Positions 1-5,470 of a stretch of DNA of 24,590 nt are shown one piece after another (positions within the stretch are counted from its first letter, which is position 1; each line of letters opens with the position of its first letter). This stretch comes from a virus (Duplodnaviria > Caudoviricetes): IMG/VR virus record IMGVR_UViG_3300048851_000193, positions 1 through 24,590 of that record; one strand, given 5' to 3'. Below the pieces are notes generated by a model. The model had not been told where the DNA came from, made no database searches, and saw only the letters and a program-made list of their open reading frames with translations. A program made the translations under genes and the position numbers.

Positions 1-147
1 CTAATCTCGGACGAGATCGTTCGAGCCGTCAGCCGTGGCGATGATGACGCTGCCAATGCTTGGGATGCTCGATTGCGGGCTGTCGAGCACGAGCTTGAGA
101 AGCGGTATGGTCCGGAAGTAACCACCAAAACGTGGTGCGTCCGTTAG
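1..147 (+). CDS. 3' end of a hypothetical protein (partial, starts before window)
   Basis: Frame 1 is open from base 1 to TAG at 145-147 (LISDEIVRAVSRGDDDAANAWDARLRAVEHELEKRYGPEVTTKTWCVR*), with helical protein-like composition. Its stop overlaps the convergent stop at 144-146. Confidence 0.45.
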   Translation, partial: LISDEIVRAVSRGDDDAANAWDARLRAVEHELEKRYGPEVTTKTWCVR

Positions 148-455
148 TTCATCGTTCCCGAACCGATCTTGGTAGCCGGTGCCCATCCCGCCATCTGCTC
201 AGCATTCTCGCTGAGCGTCTTTCCCATAGCCGTGTAGCGCTTAGCCATCGTCTCGCTGAGCAAGCGCCGGTCGCGAGGCGTCTTCGTCACCCCGCACTGG
301 TTGTCCACGGTTGCCGCCACATCGGCCATCACGAGCCGGATGATGTCTGGACGGACGTAACCACCTGTGCCCGCATCATCTGCATCGAGCCCGATCACCA
401 CATCGAGCACCGCGTCATAGAGGCGTTTGGAGTATGCCTGTTCCTCATCGGTCAT
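144..455 (-). CDS. hypothetical protein (103 aa), last gene of the LexA-boxed operon
   Basis: ORF 144..479; the ATG at 455 is preferred because GGGGAG lies 7 nt upstream. Follows 472..774 closely on the same strand. Confidence 0.65.
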   Translation of the reverse strand: MTDEEQAYSKRLYDAVLDVVIGLDADDAGTGGYVRPDIIRLVMADVAATVDNQCGVTKTPRDRRLLSETMAKRYTAMGKTLSENAEQMAGWAPATKIGSGTMN

Positions 456-471
456 AGTCACTCTCCCCGGC

Positions 472-774
472 TCACCCACGGAGCCTTTCCACTAAGTCTT
501 TCCATTGGTGCTCGTGCTCCATCCATGCCGGGAACGTGAGCGGAGCCGCCATGTGGTGGATCGGCCTGATCCGGCGCGCCCGCCCGTGACAAATCGAGCA
601 CCTGAATCGAGAGCCGCTCGCCTCGATGTAGTCGTTCCACCGATGCACTCGAAACCATCGCTGCACCCTGCCCGTGTGCAGCACCCCGATATGGTCGCAC
701 CAGCACGTAAGCTGGATGTTTGCATGGTGACGGGCGTAATCGGAGAGGCTGTCGAACTTGGTGTTGGCACCCAT
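472..774 (-). CDS. small putative Zn-ribbon protein (100 aa)
   Basis: CWCDH and FRCSICHG Cys/His clusters; starts 3 nt after the upstream stop. Confidence 0.7.
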   Translation of the reverse strand: MGANTKFDSLSDYARHHANIQLTCWCDHIGVLHTGRVQRWFRVHRWNDYIEASGSRFRCSICHGRARRIRPIHHMAAPLTFPAWMEHEHQWKDLVERLRG

Positions 775-777
775 GGC

Positions 778-972
778 TCAGAGCGCGAGCGGCAACTGAT
801 CTCCCGCATCCCGAGGCGGCGGGTTCAGGTTTTCCACAATCGAGAGTGCAAGCTCTTGAGCGGCACGTTGCCGTAATCGCTCATCAGAGACGGCTATTCC
901 GAGCCGTGCCCAGCCGGGAGATTGGAGGATCGCATCGGCGAGGTCGGTGGTTGGAGGAGCGAATCGCGTCAT
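778..972 (-). CDS. small SOS-associated hypothetical protein (64 aa), probably leaderless
   Basis: MTRFAPPTTDLADAILQSPGWARLGIAVSDERLRQRAAQELA...DQLPLAL. The ATG is 6 nt downstream of a TACAAT -10 that abuts a LexA box. It resembles small sphingomonad proteins (DUF6771-like, from memory). Confidence 0.7.
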   Translation of the reverse strand: MTRFAPPTTDLADAILQSPGWARLGIAVSDERLRQRAAQELALSIVENLNPPPRDAGDQLPLAL

Positions 973-984
973 GCCCTGATTGTA

Positions 985-999
985 GAACATTTCAGGAAC
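985..999 (-). promoter_or_regulatory. alphaproteobacterial LexA (SOS) box next to a -10 element
   Basis: GAAC-ATTTCAG-GAAC on + (GTTC-N7-GTTC on -), immediately upstream of TACAAT (984-979). Confidence 0.8.
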
Positions 1000-1070
1000 G
1001 TCGGACCAGAGGGGCCTCTCTCCACCATCTTCAAAAATAAATATTAGACGACACAACCGTGGCGCTCTTT

Positions 1071-1120
1071 CCGCTTGGTTCCCGTCATTACCCGTCAGGA
1101 CCGCTCAGCGCCGCTCACGT
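1071..1120. repeat. helically phased direct repeats, 10-bp period
   Basis: ccgcttg (1071), cccgtca (1081), cccgtca (1091), ccgctca (1101), ccgctca (1111). Confidence 0.6.
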
Positions 1121-1168
1121 CCGGAAAGTGAAGGAGCCTATGCCGCACGGGCTGCACACCCCCTCCCC

Positions 1169-1199
1169 TTGACGCGCCTGCCTTGATCCGGCCTACATT
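1169..1199 (+). promoter_or_regulatory. putative sigma70 promoter for the small membrane protein gene
   Basis: TTGACG at 1169-1174 and CCTACATT at 1192-1199. Confidence 0.4.
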
Positions 1200-1282
1200 C
1201 CCGAAGGGATCAACAGAGTTCCACTCCCACCACGGAAGCGACTTGGCTCTTCTTGCCGCAATAGTCTGTGGGAGTATTCCAG

Positions 1283-1465
1283 ATGCCGACGACGAACCAC
1301 AATCAGCCCGGTCGGCGGTTCATGCCTTCGCGCATTCCAGAGCCCAGAGTAGCGAGTATTCTGGCCAACACCGGCCACCCGATCTTGGCCTTCCTCCTAT
1401 CGCTGGCGTGGGTTCTCCGAAGCCCTCTCGGTGCAGTGTTAGTCGTGGTGTTGTTGCGACCTTAG
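1283..1465 (+). CDS. small membrane protein (60 aa), paralog A
   Basis: GGGAG SD before the ATG at 1283; C-terminal hydrophobic segment; shares PEPxxAxxLxxxGHPxLAxLxxxxWxL with 1790..2044. Confidence 0.7.
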   Translation: MPTTNHNQPGRRFMPSRIPEPRVASILANTGHPILAFLLSLAWVLRSPLGAVLVVVLLRP

Positions 1466-1789
1466 ACGCCAATGAGCACCTCGCCTTGGGAACGACCTTT
1501 TCCAGTCATCCACTCGACGCGCGCAAGTATCAGTTTCCCAACGATTCGGGCGCGGGTAACACTCGAAACGAACCCTAAGTGTCTGTTCCAACAGAACAAA
1601 AGAGCGCGATCAACGGTTTTTCGCGGGTTAGGGCGAGTCCAGAAAACTATTTCAGATTCTTTGCCGTTAACACAGTTGACGACGAAACCCGCTCGTGGTC
1701 CACACCCCGGAGGGGTCTCACCTCACTTCTAAACGGCTTGAGCGCTGCATTTGCAGGGTAATTCTTTGGCCACAAGAAGGAGGATCGAG

Positions 1790-2044
1790 ATGACCGAAGC
1801 TGACGAAGATCAGCTTGCGAGGACCGGCAAGCGAAGGCATCTGCCCCTGCTCCAGACCCCCGAACCCGAAACTGCTAAGATGTTGGTCGAGCGGGGGCAT
1901 CCGTATCTTGCCTCCCTGATAGCCGCCATCTGGTTGCTAACGAGAATGGTAGGCTCCGCAGGCTTACTCTTGAGCATCTTCGTCGTGATTCATGGCTCTG
2001 ACGGCGTATGGCCTAAGCAAGATGTCGCGGTGGTTAGTCGTTGA
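1790..2044 (+). CDS. small membrane protein (84 aa), paralog B
   Basis: AAGGAGG SD before the ATG at 1790; hydrophobic helices; same motif as 1283..1465. Confidence 0.75.
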   Translation: MTEADEDQLARTGKRRHLPLLQTPEPETAKMLVERGHPYLASLIAAIWLLTRMVGSAGLLLSIFVVIHGSDGVWPKQDVAVVSR

Positions 2045-2079
2045 GGTCCGCGACCACCCCACCCCCTTCGCAGCCCGCG

Positions 2080-2751
2080 TCAGGTGGAGCTACCCGTGAA
2101 CCGAAGATCGTTGGCCAAGCCTCGACGAATGCGGTCGTAGGAAACTACCGACATCGAAGGCCCGAGTCTGTCGAACTCGGAGCGGCAGGTCCGTTGTTTG
2201 TCTGTCTCGGTCAAGCCATCGCCGATCAGAAGGATGACGCTTTCAGGCGTGATGGCGTCGGGGATGCCAATGTTGCTTCGAACGGTTTCGATGTAGTCTG
2301 CAAAGTGCGCCCGGTATTTCGCACATTGCGCGATGCCATCGGCGGCATCACGAGTGTAGCTCTCGCCGCTGGGCTTCGCAAATTGAACGGTGGCGAGCTT
2401 TAGCTCGACTATATGCCATGTGTAACCAAGCGAGTTCTTAGCGGCTACAAGGTAGTCGGGGATCAAACCCGGTGTGCCGTCTACACGCTGGGTGCGTATC
2501 TGACGTTTCGGAAAAACCCATATGCCGTGATGACCCGTGTTAGGCGTCACATACTGTAGAAGGTAGGGGTTCGCCGTGAGGAGCTTTTGAATGGCCTCCT
2601 CCCGACCCGCTTGAAGAGCGACCTCAAACTCCTCCCTAAGGGTTGGGTGCAAGAAGCGCACATCTGCGTAGTGAGAACCGGGAAACTTCCCTGCCCACTC
2701 AGCGATGTCCGCCTCTTCATCGATCTCGGAGACTCTGAAAAGCTGTGGCAC
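2080..2751 (-). CDS. sduA: Shedu-like anti-phage nuclease (DUF4263, PD-(D/E)xK fold)
   Basis: Motif order EEAIQKLLTANP, IPDYL, IVELK, GIAQC, LLIG, VVSYD matches the Shedu nuclease domain. Confidence 0.75.
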   Translation of the reverse strand: MPQLFRVSEIDEEADIAEWAGKFPGSHYADVRFLHPTLREEFEVALQAGREEAIQKLLTANPYLLQYVTPNTGHHGIWVFPKRQIRTQRVDGTPGLIPDYLVAAKNSLGYTWHIVELKLATVQFAKPSGESYTRDAADGIAQCAKYRAHFADYIETVRSNIGIPDAITPESVILLIGDGLTETDKQRTCRSEFDRLGPSMSVVSYDRIRRGLANDLRFTGSST

Positions 2752-2815
2752 GCCGAGAGGGTACCTCGACGCTCCTCGTTTTCAAGGCAGATACTAAGCT
2801 CAAGTCGGACGACCT

Positions 2816-3242
2816 TTACTGCGCCTTGAAGTAAACCATCAGGAGGAACACCACGAGCGCCCCCACACCGGGACCGATTGCCGTCCAAACCATGCCGCCG
2901 AACGTCCACGAGTTTTTGGCAGCGGTTTCGATGGTATGCACGCGAGGTTCGAGGCTATAGATCTTGCCCTCCACGGCTTCAAAACGGGGCACGTAGGCTG
3001 CGCGGCGCGCACGTCATCTGGAATGGTGGCCTTTTCGGAAACACCGCTCCACCGAAACTCATCTTCATCGAGTCGGAGCCGAATGATCGCGTGGTGTTCG
3101 AAGTATACCTCTTCGTATTCGTCCTCGAAGACTTTGCGACCGAAACAGCTACGACGCGCCACTGGCCGTCCGCGCTTTCGTACAAGATGTCATCCCGCTT
3201 CGGATACATGTCCATCACGTTGCCATGTTCTACTTCGCTCAT
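2816..3242 (-). pseudogene. doubly frameshifted gene for a C-terminally membrane-anchored protein (~142 aa)
   Basis: Three consecutive frames join into one plausible protein, MSEVEH...WRVVAV / GRKVFEDEYEE...DDVRA / AAYVPRFE...GALVVFLLMVYFKAQ*, with an AAGGA SD. Shifts are near 3143 and 3003. Confidence 0.55.
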
Positions 3243-3321
3243 TGTCGATCCTTTCATGACATAGGTCTCCCGCTTCCCGGCGCACCGGCTTTCTGCGGCT
3301 TTGCTGACGACACCGAGTTTG

Positions 3322-4002
3322 TCAGACGCTCAGGCGGTAGTTGCGTGCAACGGGCGAACCGCCATTGACCGAGGTCGAATTGATCCAGACCTGTTTCCCG
3401 CTCGCCTTGTAGGTGCGCCAGTGCCCGCGCCGCTCGTGACCCTGCGGCGATACCCTCTCCCCCGTCCCGCTCGACTGCGAGTGATCAACGGGAGTGCGGC
3501 GGATGCGGATGAACTCCGGCAAGGGCGGCACGGGACTTGCGGTGTTCTGCTGCGCGCGGCGAAGGTTGATGCGGTTGCGAACCGGGCTCTCAACCTCTTC
3601 GAGATTGTGGTGAAGCAAGGTCTTAATCGTCGCGTCGATCACCCATGCGGCGGCACCATCGATTTCGTATTCGGTCGTCCGAATACGCAGTCCCGGCATC
3701 GGCTGCGGATACCAAAGGTAATCGGGCCGGATCATCTGCAATGCGGGCATCCATTCGACGAATGCGCAGACAGCGATGCCCTTGTAGGCAGTGACGATCC
3801 ACATGCTCTCAAACGGAAGTCGATCAGGCACCAAGCCGAAGGCGGGAACCTCGATGTCGGTCTCGGTGGGCAGGACGAAGAACGCAGGCGCGAACATCGC
3901 CTCGCGAGGGCAAGGAATAAGCGTTTTCCCCGTGCGGTTGCGCTCGATCACCCGCCCGAAAGCCTGTTCCAAATGGTCGTAAGTGACGGTCTGCTTGGTC
4001 AT
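3322..4002 (-). CDS. phage-type hypothetical protein with a C-terminal SPxxHxRRGHWR...VWI motif
   Basis: 226 aa ORF with a GGAGG SD; the basic His/Arg C-terminal motif is common in uncharacterised phage proteins. Confidence 0.8.
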   Translation of the reverse strand: MTKQTVTYDHLEQAFGRVIERNRTGKTLIPCPREAMFAPAFFVLPTETDIEVPAFGLVPDRLPFESMWIVTAYKGIAVCAFVEWMPALQMIRPDYLWYPQPMPGLRIRTTEYEIDGAAAWVIDATIKTLLHHNLEEVESPVRNRINLRRAQQNTASPVPPLPEFIRIRRTPVDHSQSSGTGERVSPQGHERRGHWRTYKASGKQVWINSTSVNGGSPVARNYRLSV

Positions 4003-4105
4003 TGCTCTGCCCTCCTGAAATGGAGGTGACCAACTATGCGATTTTCACCCGCAACTTTTGCGAAGGCGCTTTATCCATTCGTTACGGCCCTTTAGCTCCG
4101 TCACG

Positions 4106-4474
4106 ATGAAGCCGATTCTGGTCCGCGAGCAGTTCTCGATTCGTGAAGTCTGCCATGTGCTCGATGTCAGCGAGAGCACCTTGCGCCGCATGATCGCAGC
4201 GGGAGATTTTCCGGAAGCGGACCTGCCGCGCGGGGGAAAATCCTATTGGTCATTCCGGATCGTGGCTGGTGAAGTCCGCATGAAAATCTTCGCAGAGCAG
4301 CAGCGGATCAATGAGGAAGGGCGGGCTCTCGCGAAGCTCGATGACCATCTTGAAGACGTTGAGGAGAAAATTCTGGGTCGCTCTCGCGTCGGCATCGGCA
4401 CGAGGGCTCGGAAGGTAGCACCCCGTCACCCGTGGTATGTTCGCCTTATCTCTTGGTGGAGAAACAGGAGGTAG
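4106..4474 (+). CDS. AlpA/excisionase-like winged HTH protein
   Basis: FSIREVCHVLDVSESTLRRMIAAGDFPEA...GKSYW, followed by a coiled-coil and a basic tail. Confidence 0.75.
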   Translation: MKPILVREQFSIREVCHVLDVSESTLRRMIAAGDFPEADLPRGGKSYWSFRIVAGEVRMKIFAEQQRINEEGRALAKLDDHLEDVEEKILGRSRVGIGTRARKVAPRHPWYVRLISWWRNRR

Positions 4475-4651
4475 CGTCCGCCTTGTCACGCAAGGCGATC
4501 CGGACACACTTCCAAGCGTCGATCACCGCATTGTGGTGAGCGCGCACGTCCGCATAGGCGCGATCAGTCGCCACACCATCGCGAAACCGATTTTAAGATC
4601 GTGGCCGCTGATGAATGGCAACGGCTCTGCTCGCCGCGCCAGTGCTGCGGT

Positions 4652-5089
4652 TCATCGGCAGGTGCCGGTCTCCGCTACGATGGAATGTGCCCCAACAAAC
4701 ATCGTCCATTTGGCGACGTAGCGCCTGACGCCGTTGTCGTCCGTGTTAACGTGCACAGAGTAGGCCAAATCCTCGTTCCCACCTGAGAGCATGAACGATC
4801 CCGCAGCGCTCTGCGCGCCTACAAAGCGCAACTGCATGCCACCTGCACGCGCAGAAGAATGATCCCACTGCGGCTTGTTCCAGATCACGTCAGGCTGCTC
4901 CGCCGTCGTGATGATCCGAAATCCATCTGCTGCCGTAGCTGCGGCAACCTGACTGACGAACTTGCCGTCAACGACAAAGGTTTGTTGAGAACTTGTTGGA
5001 GAGCAGACGAGATCGGCAGCGGCAGCGGTTTGGGACACGAGCGATAGGAGCAAACCCGCCCCCGCAGCTTTGAGCGCTCTCGACCTCAT
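4652..5089 (-). CDS. exported protein of unknown function (145 aa)
   Basis: GGAGG SD; Sec-type signal peptide ending in an Ala-rich cleavage site; one Cys near each end of the mature chain. Confidence 0.75.
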   Translation of the reverse strand: MRSRALKAAGAGLLLSLVSQTAAAADLVCSPTSSQQTFVVDGKFVSQVAAATAADGFRIITTAEQPDVIWNKPQWDHSSARAGGMQLRFVGAQSAAGSFMLSGGNEDLAYSVHVNTDDNGVRRYVAKWTMFVGAHSIVAETGTCR

Positions 5090-5110
5090 ATCCCCACCTC
5101 CGGTGCAATT

Positions 5111-5296
5111 CTATCTGCGACCAAGCCATCGCTGGACCGTATCGGTCTCATAGATGCGGATGACTGTCCATGTGATCGTGAGCAATGACGCGAGTGCGGG
5201 CAACCACTGCACGAGAGCGCCCACCAGCGCCGTGATGCTGATCACGTCTCCGACCGCCTTTACGATCTCTGAAACCGGATGTTCGTGCACGATCAA
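5111..5296 (-). CDS. holin-like small membrane protein
   Basis: Hydrophobic core then IRIYETDTVQRWLGRR. The TTG start overlaps the upstream TGA (alternative GTG at 5290). Confidence 0.7.
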   Translation of the reverse strand: MIVHEHPVSEIVKAVGDVISITALVGALVQWLPALASLLTITWTVIRIYETDTVQRWLGRR

Positions 5297-5457
5297 AACG
5301 CCAGCGCGAGCAAAGCGTCACGAAGAGCGGTCGCGGTCGTGGGAGCGATGATGCCGAATGCGGTCAGCAAGGCCAGTACCGCGAGGATAGCATTCTTGGT
5401 GCGAGGATCGCCCAGACGGTCATAAACCGCCGTGAGCGCATTCAGGATCGTGATCAT
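5293..5457 (-). CDS. small hydrophobic protein (54 aa), holin/antiholin-like; not in the ORF track
   Basis: MITILNALTAVYDRLGDPRTKNAILAVLALLTAFGIIAPTTATALRDALLALAF*; ATG 5 nt after GATAAATA. Confidence 0.75.
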   Translation of the reverse strand: MITILNALTAVYDRLGDPRTKNAILAVLALLTAFGIIAPTTATALRDALLALAF

Positions 5458-5462
5458 ACAAG

Positions 5463-5470
5463 TATTTATC
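5463..5470 (-). promoter_or_regulatory. putative late promoter GATAAATA
   Basis: GATAAATA-CTTGT-ATG (5457). Confidence 0.75.

Noticed and set aside
1-186. 61-aa minus-strand ORF
   Set aside because: It overlaps the 144..455 gene and has no clear SD; the plus-strand frame over 1-147 looks more protein-like. Not fully excluded.
1071-1125. CRISPR array interpretation of the short repeats
   Set aside because: Units are 7 bp with 3-bp gaps; there are no spacers of CRISPR length and no cas genes.
1131-1172. AAGGAG followed by a 10-codon ORF MPHGLHTPSP*
   Set aside because: SD-ATG spacing is only 3 nt and there is no other support.
2878-3264. Plus-strand ORFs 2878..3264 and 2936..3259
   Set aside because: Better explained as shadows of the frameshifted minus-strand gene.
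1-5100. Integrase, att site or tRNA marking the element boundary
   Set aside because: No recombinase motifs, tRNA cloverleaf or flanking direct repeat could be identified by eye.
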